Shown in pieces: positions 1-13,500 of a stretch of DNA of 64,000 bases (within the stretch, counting starts at the first letter, position 1; each line of letters begins with the position of its first letter). Origin of the DNA: Phaeosaccion multiseriatum (lineage: Eukaryota; Protista; Ochrophyta, other classes); the NCBI GenBank assembly GCA_965112735.1, contig OZ218953.1, positions 3,100,001-3,164,000 of the forward strand, written 5' to 3'. A program made the translations under genes and the position numbers. The notes beneath the pieces were generated by a model, which worked only from the letters and a program-made list of their open reading frames with translations, made no database searches and was not told the DNA's origin.

Positions 1-1804
1 CGCGTCGGTAGCGGTGACCTCAACCGAAAGGATCTGTAGCTTCAGCGCCACCACCGCTTCTTCAGAAGCAGCAGCGGCAGCAGCACGACGAGTCGAGCTT
101 GACACTGAGCTGTCTTCATAGCCAAGGCCTCTAGTGAGAGGAACAAGAGGAGGAGGAGGAGGAGGGAGCACCTCCGGTCGCGCTCGCTTCACACTGAGGC
201 GCAAGTCGAGGTAGCCTTGCTCTGTCCCTGCCAGCGTCCTTTGCAAGCGCCTCTTCTTCTTGTTCCTCCTCTCTCCGGGGTAAGACCCCTGCACCTGCCC
301 TTGCCCCTGCCTCTCTCGAATACGCCTCTCCTCCTCGTCGTCGCCAACTCGCTCTGCCGGTCCGTATGCCCGCAGATGGTGACGCACGGGACCAGGGTAC
401 GCGCCAGCCCCCGCTAGCACGTCCTCGGGAGAGAGGCACACGCCCCCGAGGTAGCCTTGGTGGGAGGCGAAGGAGCGGCGGTGACGCGACAGGAAACGAG
501 TCACGCTGGTCCAGCGGGGAGCGACTGATGCAAGGGAGAGGGGAGGAAAGGGGGGGGGGGAGGAAAGGAGAGGAGAGGAGAGGAGAGCACAGGAGAGGAG
601 AGAAGAGGAGAGGAGAGGAGAGGAGAGCATAGGAGAGGAGAGGAGAGGAGAGGACGTGAAAGCAGAGCAAAGGGCAAACGCTGTGACATGACAAAAACGA
701 GAACACGAGGGAGCGAGGAGAGTATTAACACACACACACACACACACCCACACATGTATATACATGCATACAACACGCACACATACACACGCACGCACCT
801 TTCTTCGCCAAACGGCGACACAACATCCTCTTCCTGCCCATCGCCCTTGCCACGTGCGCCCTCCACTGAGCCTGAATGAGGGTGGCCATGTCGATGGGGA
901 GTTGTCGCTGTGCCTCCAGCAAGAGGGATCTCTCCTCCTTGAGGCGCTTCACTCTCTCCTTGCCGAGTGCGCGTTGCATCGCATCTTTGTAGAGGCGTCG
1001 CATACCCCGAGCCGCTCGGAGCTCTTGCACTGTCACCACACCGGTGGCCTGGGTGTGCGCGTATGTGTGTATGTGTGCGCGTGTGTGCGTGCGTGCGTGC
1101 GTGCGTGTGTGCGTGTGCGTTCGTGTATATGCGTGTGTAAGTGCGTTGGGTGTGTGTACATGTGTGTGTGCGTGTGGGTGGGTGTGTGAGTGTGTGTTTG
1201 TGGCAGTGGAGGGTAGAGCGGAGAGGGAGGAGGGAGAATAAGCACGTGTCTCCACACACACCCACACGCACACACACACACACACACACCACACGTCCCT
1301 TGAGAAGAGACCCTAGAAGCAGTAAGTCCTTCGTCCCAGCCCCACTCTCTCACTCCTCTCTCCCTCTCCTGCCTCATCCCCCCCCTCTCTATCTCTCCCC
1401 ATCCAGCCCAAAGTCAAGCTTCGTTGTTGGAGAGAGTGAGTCAGTCTCCTTTGTTTACGCGTGCGTACGTACCCAAATGGACTTGTCGCTCGGCGGAGGG
1501 AACAACCCTGGTGGTTGGCTGCAGACGTTAGGACAGAGACACTCCGCCACCCCTGCCATCACCGATAGACTCGCTTGATGGGCCAAGGAGTATCGCTTCA
1601 TGTGCAGGGCACATGCCTCAAGCCAGTGATAGGCAGTGGAAAGGGCCAAGAAAACGGAGCGGGTGCGGAAGCGCCGCCATTGGGCCTAGAAAGGAGGAGA
1701 GGGAGGGAGGGAGGGAAAAAGGGGGGATAGGGAGAGTTGGAGGGAGGGGAGGGAGGAGGGAGGGAGGAAGAGAGAGGGAGGGACACCTATACACACACGC
1801 ACCC

Positions 1805-1872
<68 letters not shown>

Positions 1873-4800
1873 GGAGCAGGACAGCGGCGCGCCTAAGGCG
1901 ACGTAGTTGAGCCCACGCGAACCTCCAGAATCGTGCCTTGAGACTGTAGCGAGCCATGCAACGCTTGAGAAGGGTGGAGGCTTGGCACGCGGTTGTGTAG
2001 GCATCGAGTCGGAGCAGCGTGTGGCCGCGTGTGCCTCGCAGGGAGTGTGCAATGGTGCTGCAGTGGGCACAATAGCGGAGGTGGTGGTAGTGTGGACGAG
2101 GTGGAGAGAGAGAGATGGAGGCAGACGCTGAGGCAGAGGCTGCTGCTGCCTCGCCCCCCCGCCCCCCACCCTGGCCCGCCTGCCCCGCCTGCTGTCGCTC
2201 CCTGCTCGTCCCGATGTGTTGGTGGTGGCCGTGTCTGATGCCTCCCTCGTCCTTGCTATGACTGCAATCGAGACACACGACCCGCCCCGGCAGTGGGCAC
2301 TCGATGCACACCCCGCACGTGGCCAGGCTTTGATGCAAGTATCGGCGGTAGAGGCGCTGCATCAGCGTGGCGGCACGGAGCCGCTTCTCGTGCTCTGCTC
2401 GAAAGAAGAAGGATGCGCTCCTCACGGCTATCACATCCACACCATGGACTACACGCTGGCCCTGACCCCGACCCTGGCCTTGTCTCTGACTGTCCGTGGT
2501 CGTGGCAGTGGTAGCAGTCAAGCCACCATCAACAGTGGGAGTTGTAGCTCGTGCCTCTCGCAGAACATCCATGGTGAGCCCATAGCACGGGGTGCAGAGG
2601 CGTTGCTCGGTGCCGTCGAACCAAACCTCCCATTGCCGACTGCAGCAAGCCTCACAGGCACCCCACTGCTTGAGCACTCGGCGCTGCTTGGCCTGTTGCT
2701 TGCCGAGGACTCTACGTACCCAGCGTTGTAGCACGATGGCTACTTTGTTGTGGAGCTCGCGCTTTCGGCGGATCCGGCGGCGGTTGGTGTAGGTCCACCC
2801 GAGGATGATTTTGCTCACTGGTGGGAGGAGTGGGTGGGGGGTGGGTGGGAGGGGGGGGGGGAGTGGGAGGGGAGGGCATCAGAGGCAACCAATCACAGAA
2901 TTGCCTCCTTCCCTCCTTCCTCCCTTCCTTCCTTGCTTGCTTGCTTCCTCGCCCCCTACTTCCTCTTAACGTACCCACGAGGAGAGCCCGCCTGGCCCTC
3001 AGCTTCCTTACGAAGGCCCTGTCCAGATAGCCCCGCACCACCCTCTGCATCAGGCGGGCGGCGTTCAGCTCAGTGCACAGCTCGTGTCTAAGCCGTCTCA
3101 CCCCTTTCGCTGCCCGGTCTCTGCGCACGTGGCTTTGAATGCGCGTGGCAGCCATCGTCTCCCTGACCAGATTCTGCATTTGTCTCGCCCGCTGTGATAG
3201 GGAGGGAGGGAGGGAGGGAGGGGGGAAGGGAGGAAAGGGGGCAGGCGAGGGCGGTGAAGAAGCGGCAGCCACATGGGTGAGAGAGGCGGACAAGAATAGG
3301 GCAAGCGAGGAGCAGTGACGTCGGAGCGACACTGAAGAAGGACTGATAAAATGAACGAAAGAAATGATGGAAGGAAGGAAGGAAGGAAGGAAGGAAGGAA
3401 GGAAGGAAGGAAGGAAGGAAGGAAGGAAATAAAGAAGAAGGGAAGGAAGACTGGCCGGACGCGCTTTGGCACTTCGCTTCTCTCCTTCCGCAACAACACA
3501 AGATACGAACTACGAAAGCGAACGAAACCAGCGAAGTACTGTACGCGACGCTACACACGCACCCACACGCGCTGTGGATTGTACACAGACACTCTGCACT
3601 ATACCGACACAGACACCAGATCGGCACTGTATTCAGCACTGGATGAGCACAGTATCAAAACTGTGTAAGCACTGCTGTACCTTCACTGCAATACCGTGGT
3701 ACCTGAATGCGATGCAGCCCCGCCCTGGCTAGGCTCTGAATGGCGACTGCGGCCCTCTCTCTCTGCGCCTCCTCCTGCGAGGCGTGGCGCTCCCTCTCCT
3801 TCCACTGAGCCGATCTCTTGCTTCCTTTGGCGGACTTTTGCTGCCTCCATTTGGAGTCTCGGCGCTGCTGTAACTCAAATTCTCTCCGAACCTTGTCTGC
3901 CAAGCGCCGCCGAGAGAGAAAGCCCCTGACCAGGCTTTGCAGGATTGTGGCTGCTGCTGCTGCTGCTGTCTGCGTGTGTCGCTGCGCCGCCTTTTTGCTA
4001 CCGCTGTTGCTTTCCTCCTCACCTTCCGAAGATGCTGTGGCTCCTCTGCTTCTCGTCCGACTTGCTCTCTGCCCCCTCCTGGAAGAAGAACGTGACTTCT
4101 TCTCCCTTCTCCCTTCCGACGTGTGTGGCTTGTGCGGCGTTCCCCGCTCCTGCACAGGCATGCGTGGCAAGCTTCGGCCTCCTCCTTCTGCAACAACCGT
4201 CGCTTCTCCTTCGCCTCCTCCTTCCCCCTCTACTACTCTTCGTCCCCTTCCGCCTACTGTCTCTGCCTCTGCCTCTGCCGCTGCCGCTGCTGCTGCTGCT
4301 GCTGCTGCCGCCGCAGATCCCGCCTTGTCTATCTTTTCTCGCTTGTCCCTCTTCCTATCCTGCGCCAGCCGTACATGCTCCCTTCTGTCTGAGGCCCGGA
4401 GCCGTCCCAAGCCCCCCCTGTAGCGAGCTTGCCCCCACATTGCGATGAGATGGAGAGCTCGGGACTCGTAACCCGCCATTGCTTTGCGATGTCTCAAGAG
4501 CTTGACCTTGCGCACGGCCAATCGAGCCCGGACACACATCTGAGCAGTCGTACGCAGGTAGATACGCAAGACCAAGATGTGTACAGTAAGTGAAGTTCCA
4601 GTTGCTCTCTTCCTTCCTCCACCCTTTCTTGTTTTGAATGAATGATTCATGGGGTGAATGAAGGCAAAGGTCCCAAGGTCTCACCTGTATGGCCGTGGCG
4701 GCGCTCTCTCTTCTGAGGTGTGCGTTGCTGCGCCACCGCCACATGAACAGCGCATAGACTGCGGCGTGACGCCTCCTCAACACGAGGGACAATGCCTGCA

Positions 4801-6428
4801 TGGAGAATACCAGCAAGAGAGCGAGGAAGAAAGGACGAGGGTGTGTAAGTGTATGGTGTGTGTGTGCGTGTATGTGTGTGTGTGTGCGCGCGCGTGTGTG
4901 TGTGTCTGTGGGGGATGGTGCGTGGGGTGTGTGTGTGCATGTGTGTGGTGTGGGTGGGGGTGGGCTTGAGGTTCAGAGATGTACACCTCACGCGATGTGG
5001 GTGAGGTGAGCGGACGACTGACTGACTAACACAATACAGCCCATCTTCGCCCCCCCAAACATGCTTCCTTTCCTCTCCTGCCTTGCACATGGGCTGCTCC
5101 GCGTCAGAGATGGCTTGCTCCGCATACACACACAGACGTACACACGCAAGCACACACTCACGCACGCACGCATTTATGTACCTGGCGCAGCGCTTTGTGC
5201 CTTTCGTCTCGGCACGCCTGCCTCAGCCTCTCCTCGGTGTGGAGCACCAGGAACTGAGTGGGCACCTCCACTTCCTTCACCACTGTGAAGCGCAGCATCC
5301 AGGACGGCCATGCGCTGTAGGAGGAATTAGTGTCAGTCGATGAGGCAAGTGAGGAAGGGCCTCCTCCTCCTCCTCTTTCTGCTGCTGCTGCTCCTCCTCC
5401 TGCTGCTGCTCCTGCTGCTGCTCCTGCTGCTGAGGGCGCCGGTGCGAGGAGCTGTCGAAGAGCGGCGTGGGGGTGCGCACCAGTTCTCATCTGACGCAGC
5501 TGCTCTTCCTCAGCGACAGCGAGCTCCCAGCTCCAGCCGTAATGCACCGCTCCTATGCAATGCATTGAGGGATCAAGAGTAGGGCTATCAGGCGGAAGGC
5601 AAGTGGAACACAAGTGCTTGAGGGGAGTGGGGAGGGGGGAGCGAGCCAGAGCAGCAGCAGCAGCAGCAGCAAGGGTGTACAGGATCTCCCCGTTCTCTTT
5701 GCCTTTTGCTTGGCAACCAACATCTCACCTGATTGAATGTGCTCAACCTTGAACACCCCTGCCAAGCCTCGCGTCCGCTGGCCGCTCTCAAGTCCCCTGT
5801 CATGTCCGTCCCCTAGAGGACGTAGCCGTATACTGTCACCGACGCTGCTTTGGCCTCGAGGACCACTCTGCTGCTGCTTCTTCTTCTTCTTCTTCCCACC
5901 CGTCCTTGCTGTTGGCTGGCCCTCCTCATTAGGCTCTACACTTTGGGGAAGTGAAGGCACAAGAGGGAGGTCTCGTGATGATGGGGCAAGAAAGGGGTTC
6001 TCAGCCCTCTCGTTCTCTCCCTGCAGAGCAGAATCCAAGGAGCGAAGCAGTTGGTCGAAGTTGCGCAACGCATCTGTACCACTGCCAAAGTCTATTGCCT
6101 CACACGAGGACGACCTCCCTATTTGCAATTCTCGCGAGCTCGCCATGCCCATTTTACTTCTAGTTCCCGCATCTTTGCCTCCTCTGCTGCTTGGAGCCGT
6201 GGACGGAGTTGCTCGGCGCAGCAAGGGCGGAAATGGGCCCTCGCTGGCCGATGAGTTTAGCGAGACGGCGATGGGCACAATCGTTTTCGTGAGACGCTTT
6301 CGTTTCCTCCCCCCCCGAGCATCGGTGTTGCTGCTGCTGCTGATTCGAGCAGATACCATCTCTGGTGCCGCCGCTGCACTCTCATCCTTTAAAGGCCGCC
6401 GGGCCCTTTTGTCCTTGGCCTTCTTCAT
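1..6428 (-). CDS. Multi-exon IQ calmodulin-binding motif protein with B-box-like zinc fingers (3' end runs off the window)
   Basis: Many IQ motifs in successive exons (AATILQSLVRGFLSRR, AATRIQSHVRR, AARLMQRVVRGYLDR, VAIVLQRWVRR, ATLMQRLYRRY, ATLIQAQWRAH). Cys/His clusters CEAC...LCTPC and CIEC...CLDC...CAHC...H lie in exon ~2818-1871. GT-AG introns link exons at ~6428-5730, 5520-5180, 4803-4684, 4540-3702, 3191-2972, 2818-1871, 1685-1472, 1045-798 and 430-1. The start at ATG 6428 is tentative. Confidence 0.75.
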
Positions 6429-6663
6429 TGTAGCTTCCTGTGCTGCCTTTGCTGGATCCACAGCTGCCTGTGCTGCCTTTGCTGGATCCACAGCCGTTGG
6501 CGCCGCCGTTCCCGTTTATGTAGGAACTAGTTGCATCGCGCGGGCCTTATCATCTATTACAAAGGCCGCGAGAAAAGTAAAGTAATAATTGAGCCGTTAC
6601 ATCGTTGACTTACTCTGATGGAACTTCGCTCTGTTGTGGTAGAGCAGTGATTGGCAACGTGGC

Positions 6664-7789
6664 ATGCATTCAGCCACAGAGAAAGGAGACGAGTGGGGCC
6701 AAGGCTCGTCGGCTGTGGTGGCGGCAGCGGCAGAGCTGGCGGGAGGGATAGGCGGCGGCGTGAGAGGGATTCAGCAGCACGCTAGAGAGCAGGAGCAGAA
6801 CAGCACGAGCCCCTCCGAAGATTTCCCTCCTTTCAGCGAGGACACTGTGGAGCATGGGGAGCCCGTCGATATACAGAGGTGCTTCTTTCAGGGCCATGCA
6901 GCAAGGCTGAGGGACCAGCGTGAAGTCGGGCGCTTCGTGAAGGCTTCTCGGAAGAGGGCTCACGCTGACAGTGGCCGAGCAAGCAGCAGGATCAGAAACG
7001 GGCACGGCAGCGACGTCTGTGCACTACCCTTTGCATATCGCCTGGAAAGGCGCGACGACAGGGGAGACGAAGGAGGAGGGGCAGAGCGAGAATTACACAG
7101 AGCAGGTGCAGCAGAGCGTGGGGTCGAAGGCTACGGGGATGGGGGAGACATCGGGATGGGGGAGAAACTCTTGCAGCTGCTGCGGCGGTGGGACGTACAG
7201 AATATGGCCCTAGCAGTGAGTCGTGTGGACGGCGGTTTTATGATGGCAGAGCTGCTCGGCGTGAAGCGGTACAAGGTGTGTGGAAGTGACGGACAGCATG
7301 CAGCCTTGAAGTTCGCCTAATGAATAAACTTCTGATCTCTCTCCGCCCGCTCGCTAGTGCTCTAACCCTGCTGCTCTCCTGCTCCTCTTTCCTACCAAGG
7401 TGGTAATGGACCGCGCCCACAAGGTCCTGGAGGCCTGCTACCTCGACAGAGTCCGACGGGCCATGACTGCCAATGTTGGTCGTCTGGCGGGCGTGCAAAG
7501 CATGGCAACCAACCCCTTGGCGGCCCGGCCAGAGATCGATGGGGACGAGACGGACACTAACAATGTATCATCCAAGCGCTTGCGATACAATAAGCATGGC
7601 TGCGGCAGAGGAGGAGGCCGTGGGCAGCAGCACAAAGTGGGTCTCCCCGTGCCTAACATCCTGCTGTCCTCTGGGACCAGCTTCTTGGGGTCTGGACCCA
7701 AGGCGGTGCAGAAGAGAGGCCGCGTGAACCACTTCATGGCCGGGGTGGACAAAGGGGGTGGTAAAGAGGTGACATTTAATGACTTGTAG
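6664..7789 (+). CDS. IMPACT/YigZ (UPF0029) domain protein, 2 exons
   Basis: Exon 1 6664-7275 and exon 2 7400-7789. GYGDGGDIGMGEKLLQLLRRWDVQNMALAVSRVDGG..LLGVKRYK|VVMDRA matches the UPF0029 signature DDGE..AG..LL.LL....NV.VVV.R..GG..LG..RFK. Confidence 0.75.
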
Positions 7790-8048
7790 GAATGAACCCA
7801 AGAAGTTGAAGGGGATGGCAACCTACAAAAAAAAAAGCGTCACTGCAAAAATACCCTAACTCGGTAGCTAAGACTATGACACCACCAAGCACCAACGCCA
7901 AAGCTGCTTGCTCCTAAGCGTGGGGGCGTGGTGTGTGTGTGTGTGTGTGCGCGCAAGGATGGCAGTCAAAAGTTACAGTTTCAGTTTCAGTTTCAGTTTA
8001 CAGTTTCGAAACTTTGCAGTGGTAGTTCACCGATTAGTATCCAGCAGG

Positions 8049-10205
8049 ATGATGAAGCCCCATCGCACGAAGCACGAAGCAGTAGAGCTAATTTGCAACG
8101 ACCCGGACATTATGGCAAAGCTGCAAGCTTTCGTTCTCATAAGGCTGAAGGGTCTGAGCACCGAGAAGGAGGAGAGGAAGAGGAGAGAGAGGGTTGTTTA
8201 CGACGTGGTGCGGGAGGTCTTTGGCTCGTCGGCTGTGCTGCAGGAGATTAGCAGGTGGAGGGCCCAGGAAGAAAAGCACTTTCTGCTGCAGCAAGAGGAG
8301 GATGGAGACAGTCTGACCAATGAGGGCCTGTCATCAAGCAAGACAGATGCGCAGAACCGCCTTCCTTTGAAGCTTCCACCTCTGGAGCAAGAGGAGGATG
8401 GTAAAGCCAAGGGAGGAGCTGGCGATGCGAAAGACTCCTCAGCGACGTGTATACTGGAGAAGGAAGAGGAAGGAGCCGGCCTTTCCAGCTTTGGTGTGGT
8501 TGTGGTTGTTGATGATGACGATGATGATGATGATAATGATGATACCGGTGCACGCGTTGCTCGCGTGATCTCTTCCAAGGTGGCGCAGTCGCAACAGCAG
8601 CAGGAGCAGGAGGGGGAGAAGGAGAAGGAGGAGGAGGTAGCTGAACTGGAGAAGGGAGGAGAGGGCGACACACAAGGGCCCCATAGAGGGTGGGATGGAT
8701 CAGAGAACAGCAAGGAGATGACAGAGAAGGGGAGGCTCGAGGCGGAAGGACACACTGAATCACCCTCTCCTCAAAGTGAAGAGGCAGGACGAACCTTTTT
8801 CTGTTCGGATGACGAGGAGGACCAAGAAGAAGTCGAGGAAAGGACCACCAGCACACCACAAAGTGGGTCAATATCTGCCCAACCGGTGGTCGTAGTTCCT
8901 CCTCAGCTGGTCTTCAAAAGCCAGGTTGGCGAAGAGAGGAGCAACGCGTGCAAGGTGGACTGTTTGTTTGCCTCTTCAGTTCACGTCGAGGTGGCGGCGT
9001 GGCCGGACACAAGAAAGGACGATAATGCTGCTGAGGTCAGCGATTTGGTGGCGCTGAAGGGAGATGTTCTTGTCGAGGAGCATAAAGAGATAGAAGAGGA
9101 GATTGAGGGGGAGGAGGAGGAGGAGGAGGAGGAGGAGGAGGAGGAGGAGGAGGAGGAGGAGGAGGAGGAGGAGGAGGAGGAGGAGGAGGGGGAGCAGGAG
9201 CAGGAGGAGGAGGAGGAGGAAAACGGGTACGGTAGTGACGGCTTTGAGGAGTACCAGCCCGCTGACGAAATGACGCTGCAAAAGCACGTCACGTTTAGCA
9301 CGCCCATAACCACCGCCGAGCACTGCGTCAGGGACATGTTCCTACCTCATGAGGTGGGTTGGAGAGAAGGGCTGGGGGGGGGGGGGGAGGGTGCGTGGGT
9401 GTGGTTGTGCTGCACTTGACCGCGACTGTCTGCTGTGTGTGGCCCTCGGAACTCTCGTCTTACAACACCTGCACCCGCACACAGCCGCGCACCCACACAA
9501 CACCTCCTCCACCTACTCCCACTCCCTCCCTCTCCAGTCATGGCGGTGTTTGCTCTCCTCTCCGTTCTCTTACCAAAGGAGCGCTTTTATCGCCCCTCCC
9601 TCACCTTCTCCCCTCCCTTCTCTCTTGCTCACCAGGTGCCTGAGCTGTTCTATTCTCAGGTCGAGATTGATACCATGGAAGATGAAGCGTATGCTGAAGA
9701 CTTGGCCCATGCGGAAGCAGCAAGTGAGTTTCCTTCTTAGTTGAGCCCCCGCCCCCGCCAGTTGCCGCCCCCCCTCGTCATCACTCTCTTTGGCCTATAT
9801 ACCTACCCCCAGGGAGGCGGCAACAGGGTACAGTGTAGAGCACAACACCACAATACCCATACATGTACCTTTGTACCTGACGTGTTGTTCATCCATCCCC
9901 TCGCATGTGTCCTCGCAGGTTCCCCTTCCTCTGCCGTCGACAGGAAGGGCCACTTGGCCCCAGCACAGGCACAACGAGCACAATCCCAGACACAGACACA
10001 GGTCTACCAAGGCGTCTACCAATGTGCCTCTGAAGGGCCCTGCCAAGCGAGCGTGGTGCCCGCTGAGGGCAATAAAGACGCTGTTGATGCTGTATCGCTG
10101 CTGCTCCTGCCTGAGCCTGAGCCTGACTCAGACGGTGACGGTGACGAGTCGAGCCTCGAAGTGGCCTTTGGGGATGACTCACGAGACTCCGACTCAGATT
10201 TTTGA
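8049..10205 (+). CDS. Acidic, low-complexity hypothetical protein with a KHVTF (RVxF-type) motif, 3 exons
   Basis: Exons 8049-9353 (alternative ATG 7959), 9636-9723 and 9919-10205 have compatible phases. Contains a poly-E tract (9110-9220). KHVTFS is followed by ELFYSQVEIDTM. Confidence 0.6.
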
Positions 10206-10297
10206 CTTAGACGTTCATCCTTTGTCTTACAGTGAGCAAAAAGTAGAAAGAAGAAGAATAATATATGTGTATGTATTCCCCCCCCCCTTATGGCGGT

Positions 10298-10437
10298 GGT
10301 GCGTGTACACTCTTGCTCTCCCGTTGTGGTGCGTGTGAGCGAAAAGCCCAAACGCTGAAAAGACGGTGCGTGTACATTCTTGCTCTCCCCGTTGTGGTGT
10401 GGTGCGTGTGAGCGAAAAGCCCAAACGCTGAAAAGAC
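10298..10437. repeat. Tandem duplication of a ~68-bp unit between convergent 3' ends
   Basis: GGTGCGTGTACAYTCTTGCTCTCCC..GTTGTGGTGCGTGTGAGCGAAAAGCCCAAACGCTGAAAAGAC occurs twice. Confidence 0.8.
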
Positions 10438-10506
10438 GAGACACACCTGCACTGAACATTCCTAAAAAGCAAACCCCCCAAGCCAAGAGAAACAACGCTT
10501 CTCTTC

Positions 10507-13500
10507 TTATCCCACATCCCTCCCCTCCGGCAGCACTGTGCTTCCGGTGCTGCTGGTCTGTGAGTACACGGAAATGTCTCCGCCATCTGTGTCGTACCCG
10601 TCGTCATCATCCACATCCCCATCAACCCCACCCGTCGTGTACCCTCCGTATCCAGTAGCATCATCATAGTCGATGAGCATCCCTCCATTGTCCACACCGT
10701 CCCCAGAGGTGGAGGTGTCAAAGTAATGTGCTCCGCTAGGCGCCGCCAGCAGGCTCGGGCGGATTTGGCCGCTGCCGTTGCGGCTACCGTTGCGGCTGTG
10801 GCTGTAGCTGCTGGTGCGGCTGTGGCCCATCGGTACCGAAGAGATTCGCACCCTCCTTCCCTCGTTGTCCATGTCGTGCCCCTCAACGCCGACGCCCTGG
10901 AGGAAGCTGTCCACACTTTCCCCGTCGTTGCTATCAACACCATCACCAGCAACATAACCCTCCCCTCCCACATCACTGTCGTCTTTCTCGATATCGCTGA
11001 GGTCTGTGGCGGGGTGCCCATACCCGGCAATAAGGGATTGCATGAGCACGGAATCCGCCATCTCCTCCGCGTGTTGAAGACTGAGAGCTGAGTCTGCCCC
11101 TGATGCCTCTGCCTTCTCTGCCCTCTCTGCCCTCTCCTCCTCCGCTTCCGCTTGCGACTCTTCCCATCCATCTGGGCGGTGGTCGGCAAGTCCTTCCCCA
11201 GCCACAGGATGGCCATCTTTCCCTTCGCCTGCAAGCGAGGGGCTGTCCTCGTCCTTCCACACCTCCCCCACTCCTCCCTCCCCCCCCATCTCCCCCACCT
11301 CCTCCTTCTCCTCCTCCCCCTCCCACTCCTCCGACTCGCTGTCCCCAAAGTCTCTCCAGGGCACTTCCCCGGGCTTGGCACCTGCGAGCCTGCTGCGCCT
11401 CACTCGGCGAGAATACGTGTACTCCGGCGGCATCATGAACAGCATGGGGTCGATGGGATCTCGCGCGTTGATATTCTGAAACGCCATGTCGGCACGCACC
11501 ATCATCATCAGAGGAAGCGTCATCTGCCACGAAGAAGAGAGAGAAAGAGAGACAGGGAGGGGGAAAGGGTAGCGAACGTGAGGGAAATGGGAAGTTCACA
11601 GGCAGCAACATATCCTTGGGGCTGGACAAGACAGCGAGAACAATGTCAAAAGGGCATGCTGCGAGTGATGCGTTGTCGCGACCTCGAGCGTGAAACCAAG
11701 CCGTAAGGAAGAAAGAAGAGTGGTGGTGAGCGGCCCAAAAACACTTGCTACTGCCGCTGTATGCTGTCAGGCCTTACCCTCATAGGGAAGCCGTTGACCG
11801 GCAGTCCGTCCGACTGGAGGATCTCCCGCACATTGTCAACGAGCTCATCTCCGAGCGACATGACCTGAGAGCAACAAGGAGGAGGAGGAGGAGGAGGAGG
11901 AGGAGGAGGAGGAGGAGGAGGAGGAGGAGGGCGGGGGTGGGGCAGAGCAGAGAGATAGGGCTTTAGGGCATGAACGAGACAGGGAGCGACGAGCGGGAGA
12001 GGCGAGAGGGGAGAGGCGAGAGAGAGGGAGAGAAACAGTGTATGTGTTCGTGCGTGTGTGTGTGCGTGTGTGTGGTGAAGTCCGAGAGTGGGTGATGCCC
12101 TGTCCGCCGCCAGCATGCCCGGAGGGGGGAATACATGTGTATCGATGTTAGAAACAAGGCCTCACCTCAAAGATGGGAAGGACGTCCTGCAGAGAGAGCG
12201 GGTAGTCAGCATCATTCCGTTGCCCCTGCTCCACAGAGCTGCTGCTGATGCCCCTACTGTGCCCTCCGGACTTGGGCCAGCCTCTGCCCATTTCCTGTGG
12301 CTGCTGCGACTGCTGCTGCTGCTGCTGCTGCTGTTGCTGATGGTGGGGAGGATGACTGCCGCTGCTCTCCGTGAGCCAGAGGGTAGCGTTCATCCTGGTC
12401 TCCTTCTCCCGCAAGAGCGTCTGCCCTTGCGTGTGCTTGCCCATCTCGACCTTCCCCTTGTACTTGCTCCCCGACGAAGGGAAAGAGGAGGTCAAAGTGG
12501 TCCGGAAGGCGTCCAGCATCCCGGTGCGCACCTTGCGGCTGAGGACAAGTCGGAGAGGGACACGCCACACACACCGAGAGAGAGAGAGGGAAAGAGAGAA
12601 AGAACGGACGAGGTATTGGGGGGGGGGGGGGCGCGGAAAACACAGAGAGTTAGAATCATGACTTGGCGGACGGAGGGCCAACAAGCTCACTCTATCACAA
12701 CGTGGAGAACCAACAAGCTTATCTCACAGCACACTGGAGGACCAACAAGCTCACTCTCATCTCAAACTGCACTCCAAATGAATCAATCCGTACGCTACGG
12801 AGGGCCCTGACCGTAACGTCGCTCCTTCACTGTGCTGCCTTTAGCTTGAGCATCCACCCCTGGGTACTGACCTCTCTCCCTCCTGCCCCTCCTTCCCAGC
12901 TCCGTCGCCCTCCTGCTTCGGCTCTTCCTCCCCTCCCTCTTGTTCGAAGTACGTGTCCGGCGTAACGCTTTCTGCCCAGTCCGTGGCATGCTGCTGCGTA
13001 TAGATCTGCTGCAGGAGGTGTCCGGAGCATTCGAAGCCTTGGCAGCGCCACCTTTCGGGCGACAAACAGACAAGCAAGGTAGGTGACAAAATAAGACAGG
13101 CGGGGTAGGCGAGGATATGTGCTAAGCAAGGGCTGCCCATGACCAATAGAGGCAACACGGTTTCATGCCAAGAGAGACGACTGCTCCATTGCTCTGGACT
13201 TTCAAAACAATCAAGGCAGGGTATGAACAGAGCAGGCACAGCTGAGTGTTTGAAATAGAGACAGAGGACATGTTTGCGTGTGTCTTACTTTTCGATTGTA
13301 CAGGTCTTCTGCTTCTGCTGGGCGCCCACCCCCGTAGTGAGAGGATGGAACGTGAGGCCGTCGTAATGGCACTGTGTGTGCAGATGGAAAAACGAGAGGA
13401 AACGCCGTGTGGGGATGAATTGAATGTGGGTGTGCGCAGGGAGCAGGCTTTGCATGCCGCGGTCGCCCTCCTTCCGTCTTGTCCTACCTTGGTCTTTTCT

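Noticed and set aside
501-1294. Cys/Val- and His/Thr-rich ORFs (CVCVCV, HTHTHT) here and throughout the window
   Set aside because: They are translations of intronic (GT)n/(CA)n microsatellites.
12672-12767. 3x32-bp intronic minisatellite in ANKRD13
   Set aside because: An ordinary degenerate tandem repeat with no structural signal.
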